In this document: positions 1-10,307 of the stretch, piece by piece
Layout of the letters: each line of letters opens with the position of its first letter
Numbering within the stretch: the stretch's first letter is position 1
Origin: Gemmatimonadaceae bacterium
GTDB taxonomy: Bacteria > Gemmatimonadota > Gemmatimonadetes > Gemmatimonadales > Gemmatimonadaceae
NCBI GenBank assembly: GCA_044224875.1
Contig: JBGAJQ010000040.1
Span: 1 to 48,627 of the forward strand
DNA: 48,627 bases
Direction of reading: 5' to 3'
Made by a program: the position numbers and the translations under genes
The notes under the pieces: generated by a model
Seen by the model: the letters and a program-made list of their open reading frames with translations, nothing else
Database searches by the model: none
Told to the model about the DNA's origin: nothing

Positions 1-1
1 C

Positions 2-808
2 CTCCTGAAGGAGCGTTCGGGCCTGGTGCTCTCGCGCGACAAAGGATACCTGCTGGAAAGCCGCCTGCTTCCGGTGGCGCGCCGCCATGGCATCAAGGGG
101 CTGGACGAACTGGTCGCCGCCGTGCGCGCGCGTCGCGACGCCGCCCTGCTGCGCGACATCACCGAGGCGATGACGACCAACGAGTCGCTGTTCTTCCGCG
201 ACATCAAGCCGGTCGAGATCTTCAAGTCCAAGGTGCTGCCCGACCTGATGGCAGGCCGGCAGTCCAGCCGCACGATCAAGATCTGGTGCGCCGCCAGCTC
301 GAGCGGGCAGGAGCCCTATTCGATCGCCATGACGCTCAAGGAAGAGGGCGCGCGCGTGGCGAACTGGCGCGTCGAGATCGTCGCCACGGACATCTCGGTC
401 GAGATGCTGGAAAAGGCCAAGGCCGGCAGCTATTCGCAGTTCGAGGTCCAGCGCGGCCTGCCGATCAACCTGCTGCTGAAATACTTCAAGCAGATCGGCG
501 ACAAGTGGCAGATCGACAATGCGCTGCGCGGCATGGTGAAGTACCGCGAGTTCAACCTGCTCGACGACCCGGCCACGCTCGGCAGCTTCGACATCATCTT
601 CTGCCGCAACGTGCTGATCTACTTCGATCCGGCAACCAAGAAGGACGTGCTGGAGCGACTGGCCAAGTCGATGTATGCTGGCGGCTCGCTCTTGCTCGGT
701 GGAACGGAGAGCACGCTTGGAATCACCGACTCCTTGAGTCGCGTGCCTGGCATGCAAGCCTCCGTGTATCGGCGCCCCGGCGACATCGTGGCCGCCAAGG
801 TCGCCTGA
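2..808 (+). CDS. cheR: Chemotaxis protein-glutamate O-methyltransferase CheR (5'-truncated by window edge)
   Basis: Frame is open from position 2 (LLKERSGLVLSRDK). CheR motifs: MTTNESLFFRD, IWCAASSSGQEPYSIAM, ATDIS, FDIIFCRNVLIYFD. Confidence 0.95.
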   Translation, partial: LLKERSGLVLSRDKGYLLESRLLPVARRHGIKGLDELVAAVRARRDAALLRDITEAMTTNESLFFRDIKPVEIFKSKVLPDLMAGRQSSRTIKIWCAASSSGQEPYSIAMTLKEEGARVANWRVEIVATDISVEMLEKAKAGSYSQFEVQRGLPINLLLKYFKQIGDKWQIDNALRGMVKYREFNLLDDPATLGSFDIIFCRNVLIYFDPATKKDVLERLAKSMYAGGSLLLGGTESTLGITDSLSRVPGMQASVYRRPGDIVAAKVA

Positions 809-818
809 TCAGGGCGAC

Positions 819-2348
819 CTAACGAGGCTCGGCAGTCCGCCCAGTCGCCGCCGCGCTGCTGGCCGATCGTGCAGGCGCCGCGTGGGAGGGCAGGCGTTCA
901 ACGATCAGCGCCGCTGCGTCCAGCATGCGATCCAGCGACCGGCGGTTGTAGACGTGGCCGGCGGAGATCACCGTGGCAATGCGCCGAGTCGCGGAAATGT
1001 CTTGCAGCGGATCTTCGTCGAGCACGACGAGATCCGCGGTCGCACCGGCTCGGATCACGCCAATGCTGTCGGCATGCAGGAAACGCCCAACATCTGACGT
1101 CGCGCTTCGTAGCGCGGCAGCCGTGGAGAGCCCGGCACGAACGAGCAGTTGCAGTTCGTCGTGCAGCGCGAATCCCGGCGCGTCCAGGGCCGGCGTGTCC
1201 GTGCCGGCAAGAATTCCCACGCCGGCGTCACGCAGCTCCCGCACCAGCGCAAAGTTGAAGGCCAGGGCCTGTGCACTGTGCAAACGCGGCTTGATCGAGC
1301 GGACGTCCACCAGGCGCGGACCGTTCATCCCGTCCAGATGATATCGCTGTCGGCTCGCGGCGGCGACGCGGTCGTGCTCCTGCAGCATGGACGTCGTCAG
1401 CGCCAGAGTCGGCGTAACCCAGGTGTTGTGGTCGCGCAGCGCCGTAAACTTCACGCGGCTCTTCGCCGTGTCGTGTGTGGCGATGGCAACGTCGATCGGA
1501 TCAGGGGGATGATCCACGATCCGCAGCCAGCTCAGGACACGCCCGGTCTTTCGGGAGATGACCGTGGTGAGCTTTTGCTGGCTGGGGAGGTTGTCGTCCT
1601 CCGACGTCTCGCGTGGCAGGTTGAATAGGTGCTCCGCACTGCTCAAGCCCAGGGACGACGCCTCAAGCAGCGAGATGGTCGTGGGAACGTGACCGACCAG
1701 CTGGAGATGCTCGATGCGGCTTTGGTCAGCGACCGCTCGCCACAGCGGCGCCGGAAGCGCCGAGCTCACCTTCACAAAGTCGGCGCCGCGGCGCTTGAGC
1801 AGCTGGACTGAGGTTCGTGCGTCGTCTTCCGTCGCGATGGGGAAGGGAGCGCCTTGGACGACGGGTTGCTCGCCTACCTTCTGGCCGGTGAGCAGCATGT
1901 GCGGACCGGCCATCACGTCGCGCTCGACCTCGGCACGGAAGCCAGACAAACGCTTCAAATTGCCCGCGGCTACGCGCACTCCCGTGACGCCATTCGCGAG
2001 TAGTAGGCGCGACATGTACGCCCAACCGAGGCGAGTGGAGAGCGCCGTGTCCCCGGGAATGACGAGTTCGGGGACGTGGACGTGCATGTCCCAGAGCCCA
2101 GCGATCACGAATCGACCGGTGGCGTCGATGACCTGAGATCTGGGCGGGATCTTCGCGGCTGAGTCTGGGCCAACCGAAACGATCTTGCGTCCCTTGATCA
2201 CAATGGTCTGTGCTGGCAGCGCCCGTTCACTGGCCAGGTCGATGACCGTGGCGTGGCGAAGTGCCAGCGCACCCGCGGGTCGCGGCGGTGCGCTGTCGGT
2301 AGCAGCCAAAGACGCTCCCAGAAGCTGAGCGAAGACCAGAAGGTTCAC
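819..2348 (-). CDS. Secreted amidohydrolase-family metallohydrolase
   Basis: Hydrophobic signal-like N-terminus; IDATGRFVIAGLWDMHVH, DFVK, VGHVP, EHL, ILAGTD, GATADLVVLDEDP motifs. Confidence 0.9.
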   Translation of the reverse strand: MNLLVFAQLLGASLAATDSAPPRPAGALALRHATVIDLASERALPAQTIVIKGRKIVSVGPDSAAKIPPRSQVIDATGRFVIAGLWDMHVHVPELVIPGDTALSTRLGWAYMSRLLLANGVTGVRVAAGNLKRLSGFRAEVERDVMAGPHMLLTGQKVGEQPVVQGAPFPIATEDDARTSVQLLKRRGADFVKVSSALPAPLWRAVADQSRIEHLQLVGHVPTTISLLEASSLGLSSAEHLFNLPRETSEDDNLPSQQKLTTVISRKTGRVLSWLRIVDHPPDPIDVAIATHDTAKSRVKFTALRDHNTWVTPTLALTTSMLQEHDRVAAASRQRYHLDGMNGPRLVDVRSIKPRLHSAQALAFNFALVRELRDAGVGILAGTDTPALDAPGFALHDELQLLVRAGLSTAAALRSATSDVGRFLHADSIGVIRAGATADLVVLDEDPLQDISATRRIATVISAGHVYNRRSLDRMLDAAALIVERLPSHAAPARSASSAAATGRTAEPR

Positions 2349-3097
2349 AGACGCTCTAACAGGTTGAATGACATGTTCTTAATGAGAGGCATGCCCGTAG
2401 CGGCCCGGGTCGCTATTATGAATTCAGCATTAACGCAGGAATCGTTCCGCCGTGACACGTCCGATACCGGGTTGCGACGCGGGAACGGACGAGCTCCCTT
2501 CGCTATGGACGTTGAGCGTCGGCCGACGGCACAAACCCGTGACGTTGTGCACTGGAGGCCTGACTTTCGCGGAGTTCTGACGCTTCCGGGCGGTTCGCGC
2601 GCTCTGCCAGCTGAGTAACAGGCGCGCAGGTGATCGGCAGTGCGGGCGCGCTGCGTTCACGGCTCGTCGCTTTCGTTGTGTTGCGCGACGCAGTTGTGTA
2701 GCGACTGCAACACTTCGTCGACCACGTGTCCACGGCTGAAGCCGGTTGGGGTCGCGCGGCGAGCGGCCGGAGTCAGCCATATCGCTGCCACTCGGCGGCT
2801 CGCGCCTGCGGCTACACGGGTACCGTTAGGCGACGCCGCATCTCGTGAGTCAGGACTATCGGAACGGCACCACCAGACGACATCCCGGCGGCCGGACGCC
2901 GAGGAGGGTCAGGCGCCCCCTGACGAGGAATACAGACCGCGCCGACGCGCGTTTTGCTACAGAGCGTCAATCTGGACACGTGTAGCATTGGATCCTTCCA
3001 GTCGTCAGAATAAGAGACCGACTGGCGAGCTGGGAACTGCCCTCCGGCACGCGTTGGCTTGGGGGTTGAACGCGCACTTGAAATTCGTGGAGGGGGG

Positions 3098-4345
3098 ATG
3101 GGGGGTCGGCCGCCATTGGAGCCTGACGAGGGAAGGGGACCTGCGCCGCGGGACGGATCGAACGAGACGCCTGCCGCTATCACTCGCCCCGAGCAGTCCG
3201 CCCAGCACCTGCAGGCGCTGGGGAAGTTTGCCGGCGGACTGGCTCACGAAGTCAATAACATGATGACGGCCATCATGGGCTTCGGTCGGCTCGCCGCGAC
3301 TTCGCTGGGCGAGGATCATCCGACTCGACCAGACATCGACGAAATCGTGAAGGCGGCGGATCGCGCCGCGACGGTCACCCGGCAGCTCCTGATGTTCAGC
3401 CGGCAGCAAGGGCTGCCGACGAGTGTGTCGGACATGAGCGCGCTCGTCAACGAGTGTCAGCCGATGTTGTCGCGGATCCTCGGCCCGACGCTTCGACTGC
3501 GCGTGCACGTGCCAAGCCTGGGGCCACGGGCAAAGATCAACGCGAGCCAGCTGGAACAAGTGCTGGTGAACCTGGTGGCTAACGCGCGTGACGCGTCGAT
3601 AGCCGGTGGCGAGGTGGTCGTCTCTGTAACCCGAGAGAAGATTGCGAAAGAAGGGGCCCATGATGCCACGGCTGTCGCTTTCGACCGAGTCATACGCCTT
3701 GAGATTCGGGACGCCGGCAGCGGCATGCGGCCGGAGGTGATGTCGCACGCCTTCGAGCCGTTTTTCACGACGAAAGAGATAGGTCGCGGTACCGGTCTGG
3801 GCCTCTCTGTGGTTCGGGAGATCGTCCACCAGTGGGAGGGGACAATCGGAGTGACGTCCGCGCCGGGGGTAGGGACCACCGTGACCATTCGGCTCCCCGA
3901 AGTCGATGAGGCGGTCTCGTCAGCCGCAACAAGGGATCAAGAACCGCCGGCGCGCGGTCGCGGAGAGCGTATTCTGGTGGTTGAGGACGAGGCGCTGGTC
4001 GGAACGGTGGTGCGGCGCCTGTTGACCGTCATGGGATACCACGTGACGTTGGCGGCCAACGGCCCAGAGGCGCTGGAGTTCCTGGATGGGCACCGTGGGG
4101 AGGTCGATCTCGTGCTCGCAGATGTGATCATGCCGGGGCTCAATGGCGTGGAGCTCGCGAACCGCATTCTCAGGGCGTACCCCAGCGTGGCTGTCTTGCT
4201 TATGTCCGGGTATACGGGCGATGAGATGGCGCGGCGGGGCTTCGCGTGTGATCGCCTGCAGATTCTCCCGAAACCCTTCACGCCCGATCGCCTGGCGCGC
4301 GTTGTCCGGTCGGCGCTCGAGGCATCCGGGCCGCGTCCGGCGTAG
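3098..4345 (+). CDS. Hybrid histidine kinase/response regulator (CckA-like) with no input domain
   Basis: H-box AGGLAHEVNN, N-box QVLVNLVANARDA, DAGSGM, FEPFFTTK, GTGLGL; receiver ILVVEDE/LVLADVIMP/LPKPF. ATG 3098 follows GGAGG; the ORF is open from TTG 3059. Confidence 0.9.
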   Translation: MGGRPPLEPDEGRGPAPRDGSNETPAAITRPEQSAQHLQALGKFAGGLAHEVNNMMTAIMGFGRLAATSLGEDHPTRPDIDEIVKAADRAATVTRQLLMFSRQQGLPTSVSDMSALVNECQPMLSRILGPTLRLRVHVPSLGPRAKINASQLEQVLVNLVANARDASIAGGEVVVSVTREKIAKEGAHDATAVAFDRVIRLEIRDAGSGMRPEVMSHAFEPFFTTKEIGRGTGLGLSVVREIVHQWEGTIGVTSAPGVGTTVTIRLPEVDEAVSSAATRDQEPPARGRGERILVVEDEALVGTVVRRLLTVMGYHVTLAANGPEALEFLDGHRGEVDLVLADVIMPGLNGVELANRILRAYPSVAVLLMSGYTGDEMARRGFACDRLQILPKPFTPDRLARVVRSALEASGPRPA

Positions 4346-4526
4346 GGGAAGTGCCCACGTGCAGGATGTCGCGGGTTGCCAGTCTTGGAACCTGCTAACC
4401 TAACGAGTCTCAAATAGTCCTTCGCCCGCATCACGAGATTAGCGGCACTTAATTGTGTAGCTGAACGCGTGACCTTTCCGCGTGCGCGCCGTCTCGACTG
4501 AAGACGGATCGCCACAGGCAACCCCC

Positions 4527-7500
4527 ATGGTCGGCACCTACAATTACTGGCTCGTAGCGCTGTCGCTGATCACGGCCGTCGCGGCATCGTATGGTGCGCT
4601 GGACCTCGCGAGTCGGATGTGCGCGGCGCGCGGTGCCAATCGGCGGTTGTGGCACAGTGGTGGCGCGGCAAGCATGGGCTTCGGAATTTGGTCGACCCAC
4701 TACGTCGGCATGCTGGCCTTCAAGCTTCCCGTGCCCGTGCACTATTACGTGCCCGCGGTGGCGCTTTCCCTGGTGGTAGCGGTTCTCGCATCGTTCGCTG
4801 TGTTGCACGCCGTAGCGACGAAGGCGCCCACGCGCGGTGCCACGGTGATGGTCGCCGGGCTCATGGTCGCCGGCATTGCGTCGATGCACTACATCGGCAT
4901 GGCTGCCATGCGGCTGCCAGCGACCATGGACTGGTCCATGCCGATGATCGCCGCCTCCGTCGTCGCGTCATTGCCCGGAGCCTTCGTGGCGTTCGACGCC
5001 GCACAACGATGCCAAGAGACGACACGCCTCGTGAGCACCAAGCGCCTCGTAAGCGCCGCTGCGATGAGTTCATCGATCCTGGCGACGCACTACATCGGTA
5101 TGCGCGCGGCGTCGTTCTTGCCATCGGACCAGCCGGTCAATCACTCGAACGTGGTGGACATCACGTCACTCGGGATCGTGAGCATTGCCGCGATCGCGTT
5201 CCTCATCCTCATCCTGTCCCTCGCCACTTCCGCCGTCGACCGGCGGTTCGGGGCGCAAGCGGTGCTGCTGAACACTACCGAGGCACGATACCGCCGCTTC
5301 TTCGAGCGGAGTTTGGCCGGAGTCTACCGAAGCACTATCGAAGGCGAACTACTGGACTGTAACGATGCGTTCGCCCGCGTACTCGGCTATGCCTCGCGGG
5401 AGGAGTGTCTTGCCTTGAAGGTCCGGGATCTCTACTACGAGCCGATGGAGCGCGACCGGTTCATCGTGGACCTGGAAAACCGCGGCCAGCTCACGGACTA
5501 CGAAACGCAGTTCAAGAGGCGAGACGGCGAGCCATTTTGGATTCTTGAATCCGCGCATCTCGTGCCCGGGTCTGGGGATGAACCGGTGACGATCGAGGGT
5601 ACGATCCTCGACATCACGGTGCGTCGACAAGCGGAGGAAGCGCTCACGCACGCGATGAAGGCAGCAGAAGATGCGAATCGTGCCAAGAGTGAATTCCTCG
5701 CCAACATGAGCCACGAGATTCGGACGCCGATGAATGGCGTGATCGGCATGACCGAACTCGCCCTCGACACGGACCTGTCACCCGAGCAGCGCGAGTACCT
5801 TGAGGCGGTTCGAGCCTCCGCGGAAGGGCTGCTCAGCGTGATCAACGACATTCTCGACTTCTCGAAGATCGAGGCAGACAAGCTCGAGCTTGAACAGGTC
5901 GACTTCACGCTCCGCGAAGTGGTCGAGGAGACGCTGCGTAGCCTTGCCCCGCGCGCGCACCGCAAGGGGTTGGAGCTGGTGTGCGACATTGCGCCTGGAG
6001 TGCCAACGTCCGTGGTCGGCGACCCCTCGCGTTTGCGGCAGATTCTGGTGAACCTGGTGGGCAATGCCGTAAAGTTCACGGAAAAGGGCGAGGTCGTGCT
6101 CAAGGTCGAGCCGATGTCGGTGGTCGACCAGCAAGTGATGGTTCAGATCTCCGTAATTGACACGGGCGTCGGGATACCAGCGTCCAAGCTGAATTCCATC
6201 TTTCAGGCGTTCACACAGGCAGATCCGTCGATGACACGGCGGTTCGGCGGGACCGGTCTGGGCCTGACGATCTGCTCTCGCTTGGCGGCCTTGATGGGGG
6301 GGACGATCTGGGCGGAGAGCCGGATAGGCAAGGGAAGTCACTTTCATCTGTGGCTCCCCTTTGGCGTGAGGGAGGGCGTCTCGACGGACGCGCCACCGGC
6401 CGATCCCGTCCTGAATGGACAACGCGTTCTCCTCGTCGACGACAACGATACGAATCGACGGGTGCTCGAAGACATGCTGCGGGCGTTCGGCATGCGCGTC
6501 ACCGGCGTGAACGGTGCGACAAAGGCCATTGATGCCATCAAGCGGTCTGCCATGACGGGCGCGCCGTTCCAGCTCGCACTCATCGACGACCAGATGCCCG
6601 GAATTGATGGCACCGTCCTGATCGAATCGCTGGACAAGATGGAAGGCTCGCGATTGGCCAAGGTCTTGATGCTGCTGACGGCGAGCGCCCCAGGCACTCG
6701 GCATCGGCGCCACGGGGCCCTGACCTGCCTCATGAAACCCGCTCGGCTGTCGCGGCTCCGCGATGCATTACTGGAGGCGGCACGCGGCAACCCAGCCAAG
6801 GGAGCCGAGGCCTCGAAGGAGGCGACGACTCAGGCCCGTGCACCGCTGCGCATCTTAGTGGCCGAGGACAACGACGTGAATCGGCACCTGGCGACGGCGC
6901 TGCTGGAGAAGCGCGGATTTTACGTGGCGACGGCGACCAATGGGCGCGAGGCTCTGGCGGCCCTGAAGGAACAGCCGATCGACCTGATCCTCATGGACGT
7001 ACAGATGCCAGAGATGGACGGGTTGGAGGCGACGGCCGCAATCCGAGCCGACGAGGTGATGACCGGGCGTCATATCCCGATCATTGCCCTGACGGCTCAT
7101 GCGATGAAGGGGGATCGCGAGCAGTGCTTGGCTGCGGGAATGGACGAGTATCTCTCCAAGCCGATCAACACACCCGCATTGCTGGCGCTGATCGAGCTCC
7201 TGGCTCCAGAGCCAACAGCGGACGCCGAAGTCGATGCCGTTCCAGCGATCGACATGGACGAATTGCTGGATCGGGTGGATGGGGATCAAGACCTGCTGTT
7301 GAAGGTGACGGGGATGTTCCAGGACGGATTGCCACAGCGGCTGACGGAGATCCGCGATGCGGCCGCCGAGCGAGACGCCGCGGCGTTGGCGCGAGCCGCG
7401 CATGCCCTCAAGGGCGCGAGTGGCAGCATTGGCGCCAAGGCGCTGGCGAGCGCCGCATTAGCCGTGGAGATGACTGGACGCGGTGGAAACCTGGACCAGC

Positions 7501-7589
7501 TGGCCGCGCCGCTCGCTGACCTCGAACGGGAAGCGGAGCGCGCCAACGTCGCGCTCCGCAACCTTGAGGCAGGGGCCCCGGTCAGCTAG
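4527..7589 (+). CDS. MHYT-PAS hybrid sensor histidine kinase with two receiver domains and a C-terminal Hpt domain
   Basis: MHYT repeats (THYVGM, MHYIGM, THYIGM) in a multi-TM region; PAS; FLANMSHEIRTPMNG; GDPSRLRQILVNL; GGTGLGL; two receiver domains; Hpt AAHALKGASGSIGA. ATG 4527 chosen; the ORF is open from 4482. Confidence 0.93.
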   Translation: MVGTYNYWLVALSLITAVAASYGALDLASRMCAARGANRRLWHSGGAASMGFGIWSTHYVGMLAFKLPVPVHYYVPAVALSLVVAVLASFAVLHAVATKAPTRGATVMVAGLMVAGIASMHYIGMAAMRLPATMDWSMPMIAASVVASLPGAFVAFDAAQRCQETTRLVSTKRLVSAAAMSSSILATHYIGMRAASFLPSDQPVNHSNVVDITSLGIVSIAAIAFLILILSLATSAVDRRFGAQAVLLNTTEARYRRFFERSLAGVYRSTIEGELLDCNDAFARVLGYASREECLALKVRDLYYEPMERDRFIVDLENRGQLTDYETQFKRRDGEPFWILESAHLVPGSGDEPVTIEGTILDITVRRQAEEALTHAMKAAEDANRAKSEFLANMSHEIRTPMNGVIGMTELALDTDLSPEQREYLEAVRASAEGLLSVINDILDFSKIEADKLELEQVDFTLREVVEETLRSLAPRAHRKGLELVCDIAPGVPTSVVGDPSRLRQILVNLVGNAVKFTEKGEVVLKVEPMSVVDQQVMVQISVIDTGVGIPASKLNSIFQAFTQADPSMTRRFGGTGLGLTICSRLAALMGGTIWAESRIGKGSHFHLWLPFGVREGVSTDAPPADPVLNGQRVLLVDDNDTNRRVLEDMLRAFGMRVTGVNGATKAIDAIKRSAMTGAPFQLALIDDQMPGIDGTVLIESLDKMEGSRLAKVLMLLTASAPGTRHRRHGALTCLMKPARLSRLRDALLEAARGNPAKGAEASKEATTQARAPLRILVAEDNDVNRHLATALLEKRGFYVATATNGREALAALKEQPIDLILMDVQMPEMDGLEATAAIRADEVMTGRHIPIIALTAHAMKGDREQCLAAGMDEYLSKPINTPALLALIELLAPEPTADAEVDAVPAIDMDELLDRVDGDQDLLLKVTGMFQDGLPQRLTEIRDAAAERDAAALARAAHALKGASGSIGAKALASAALAVEMTGRGGNLDQLAAPLADLEREAERANVALRNLEAGAPVS

Positions 7590-7593
7590 TCGG

Positions 7594-10296
7594 TCACTCC
7601 GCCCGTAGCGCCCGCGCTGGGTCGATGCGCGAGGCACGCCAGGCGGGAACGAACCCAGCGAGCGCGCCCACCAGCAGCAGCAGGAGCGCGGCCGACACGA
7701 GGGTGGCCGGGTCACGTGGCGACACGCCGTACACCAGCGACTGGACGATGCCTAACGAAGGCAGGAGGATCACGACGCCTGCCGCCAAGCCAATCACCAC
7801 GATTCGCAGTGTGTCCCGCAGCACCACGCCCCGCACCTCACCGGGCTTGGCGCCGAGGGCCAGACGAACGCCCAGTTCGGTGGAGCGCTGCGCCACGGTG
7901 TAGGCCATGACGCCGTACAATCCGATGGAGGCCAGGAGCAGGGCCAGGATGCTGAAGAGCCCCGCCAGCTGCGACACCAGGGCTTGCTGTCGCAGCCCGC
8001 GTCCGAGCAGTTCATCGAGCGTGACGATCTCTCGGACGGGCAAGTTGCGATCGACGGAGGCAATAGCGGCGCGAATGAGTGGCGCCACGGTACCGGCTGG
8101 ACCGTCAAACCGAACCTCAATACCGTTGGGATATTCCGATTTGGCCTGCGCGAATGGGTAGTATGCCATGCGCGGTGGAACGTCCTTGATGGCGTTCACG
8201 CGAGCATCGCGGACGACCCCGATCACCTCGATGGCTGAGTCTCCGGTGGAGAACCGCCGCCCTACGGCGTCCTCGGTCCCGAAGAAATAGCGGGCCATCG
8301 ATTGGCTCACCACGGCAACCGGTGGTGCGCTCGCCACATCGGCGTTGGTGAAGCCGCGCCCGCGAAGGAGCGGCAATCCCACGGTCTCGAAGAATCCGGG
8401 GGTGACGGTGTTCTCCTGGACGGAGCTGTCCCATTCGGGCCCGTGCACCTCGCCGGGCATTTCCACACCGCTGGTACGCATATGTCCCGTGGCCACACCG
8501 GTGACCGAGATGCTGGCCGCACGGACGCGCGGCACGGCGCGCACGGCCTCCAACAGGCGGTCGTTCAAGGCCGCGACGCGTTCGTCGGAATACCCGGCAG
8601 CTCGAACGTCGATGCGCGCCTCAATCACCTGGTGCTGGTCGAAGCCCGGGTCGATGGCGGAAAAGTTGCGGAGCGTGCGACCAAAGAGGGTCGCGAGCAC
8701 CACCAAGGCGAGGGAAAGGGCGATCTGTCCAGCCACCAGGATGCGGCCCAGGGGGAGTCGATTCCCATGGCGAGCACCCACCACCCGCCCACCGGTCTTG
8801 AAGACGGCGTGCAGGTCGGCGCGTCCAATACGCAACGCTGGCGCTACGCCAAACAGCACGCCAACGAGGAGCGACAGGCCGAAGGCAAACGCCAGCAGGC
8901 GTGGCTCGAACGTCAACTGCAACGCCTGGCTTGGTGCGGACGAGGACGACAGCAGATGCAACAGCGCCGTCGATCCCCAACGCGCCACGAGCAGGCTGCA
9001 GGCACCGCCCAGCAGCGCCAACGTCAGGCTTTCGGTGAACCCCTGGCGAATGAGGCGACCGGCCCGCGCACCTAACGAAGCACGAATGGACAACTCCTGC
9101 GTGCGGGCCGTCGTGCGCGCCAACAGCAGTGACGCCAGGTTTGCACAGGCAATCAACAGCACGAGTCCGACACTGGCCATCAGCGCGAGCATCGGTGCAC
9201 CAAGGTCGTTGCGCAGGTCCGACATGCCGCGACCCACGGACTCGAGCCGAACACGCTCGCGCATACGGAAGTTCCGGACTTGCTCATCTCGCGAGGCAAG
9301 CTCGTCCACCAAGGCCCCGCGAAACTCCCGGTCCAGCCGGGCCTCGACCTGTGCCCGCTGCCGTGCTTCGATTCGCGCAATGACGGTGAGCCAGGAAATG
9401 CCCACCTGCGGGATCCACGGCTTGGTACCGTCAGAGTTGTTGACGCTGGCGTTGGACTGGTAGCGCAGTTCATGCTGCATAACGAGCGGCGCATACAGGT
9501 CCACGTCCTCACCGGGCTTCATACCGAGGAATCGCGCGGCGGCGACGCCAATGACGGTGAGGGCGACGCCATTCACGCGTAGCGTGGAGCCGATCACCGA
9601 CGGACTGCGCCCGAACCGGCGATCCCAGTAGGCGTGACTCAACACCGCGACGGGATGCCCGCCGAGGTTCCTGTTGTCGCTGGGATCGATGAGGCGTCCA
9701 GCAGCAGCTTGCACGCCCAGCACACCGAACCATTCTCCGGAGACGAGCTGCCCGATGGTGGCTTCCGGCGAATCGCCGATCATGGCCCACATGCGGAGCG
9801 TCGAGCTCATGGCGGCCATGCGGGTCGTGTCGGCCAGCGAGTGACGCAATCGCGCGTACGACGGATGCGAGAATCGAAAGTTGTCATCGCCCAAACCCAC
9901 CCGCTTCACGGCAAAGAGTTCATCGGGACGTGTGACGGGCAGGGAGCGCAACAGCACGGCGTCCGTGAGGTTGAACACGGCCGTGTTGGCGCCGATACCG
10001 ACGGCGAGCGTCAGGACGGCCGAGGCAGTGAAGGCGGGCGTGCGTTTGAGGGCACGTAGCGCATAACGGACGTCGCCGGCCACGTCCTCCAGCCATCGTG
10101 TTCCACGGGCGTCTCGCGCCCCTTCCTTCACCTGTTCCAGTCCGCCTAACGCGATACGCGCCCGACGCTCCGCCTCGATGGGATCGACCCCCACGGCCGT
10201 GTGGCGACGCGCGTCCTCATCGAGGTGGAACCGCAGTTCCTTGTCGAGCTCGCGCTCCATGGCGCGCCGGCGTAGCAAGCGACCAAGCCAGGACAT
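7594..10296 (-). CDS. ADOP-type duplicated MacB/FtsX-like ABC permease
   Basis: N-terminal ELRFHL...EQVKEGARDARG, LTLAVGIGANTAVF, VLLIACANLASLLLAR, GLYGVMAYTVAQRSTELGVRLALGA, PAWRASRIDPARALRAE. ATG 10296 with GGAGGT RBS. Confidence 0.92.
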   Translation of the reverse strand: MSWLGRLLRRRAMERELDKELRFHLDEDARRHTAVGVDPIEAERRARIALGGLEQVKEGARDARGTRWLEDVAGDVRYALRALKRTPAFTASAVLTLAVGIGANTAVFNLTDAVLLRSLPVTRPDELFAVKRVGLGDDNFRFSHPSYARLRHSLADTTRMAAMSSTLRMWAMIGDSPEATIGQLVSGEWFGVLGVQAAAGRLIDPSDNRNLGGHPVAVLSHAYWDRRFGRSPSVIGSTLRVNGVALTVIGVAAARFLGMKPGEDVDLYAPLVMQHELRYQSNASVNNSDGTKPWIPQVGISWLTVIARIEARQRAQVEARLDREFRGALVDELASRDEQVRNFRMRERVRLESVGRGMSDLRNDLGAPMLALMASVGLVLLIACANLASLLLARTTARTQELSIRASLGARAGRLIRQGFTESLTLALLGGACSLLVARWGSTALLHLLSSSSAPSQALQLTFEPRLLAFAFGLSLLVGVLFGVAPALRIGRADLHAVFKTGGRVVGARHGNRLPLGRILVAGQIALSLALVVLATLFGRTLRNFSAIDPGFDQHQVIEARIDVRAAGYSDERVAALNDRLLEAVRAVPRVRAASISVTGVATGHMRTSGVEMPGEVHGPEWDSSVQENTVTPGFFETVGLPLLRGRGFTNADVASAPPVAVVSQSMARYFFGTEDAVGRRFSTGDSAIEVIGVVRDARVNAIKDVPPRMAYYPFAQAKSEYPNGIEVRFDGPAGTVAPLIRAAIASVDRNLPVREIVTLDELLGRGLRQQALVSQLAGLFSILALLLASIGLYGVMAYTVAQRSTELGVRLALGAKPGEVRGVVLRDTLRIVVIGLAAGVVILLPSLGIVQSLVYGVSPRDPATLVSAALLLLLVGALAGFVPAWRASRIDPARALRAE

Positions 10297-10307
10297 GTCA
10301 ACCTCCG

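Noticed and set aside
2430..3263. ORFs 2430-2780(-), 2640-3263(+) and 2812-3183(-)
   Set aside because: Arg/Pro/Ser-rich composition typical of non-coding GC-rich frames; no motifs or clear RBS.
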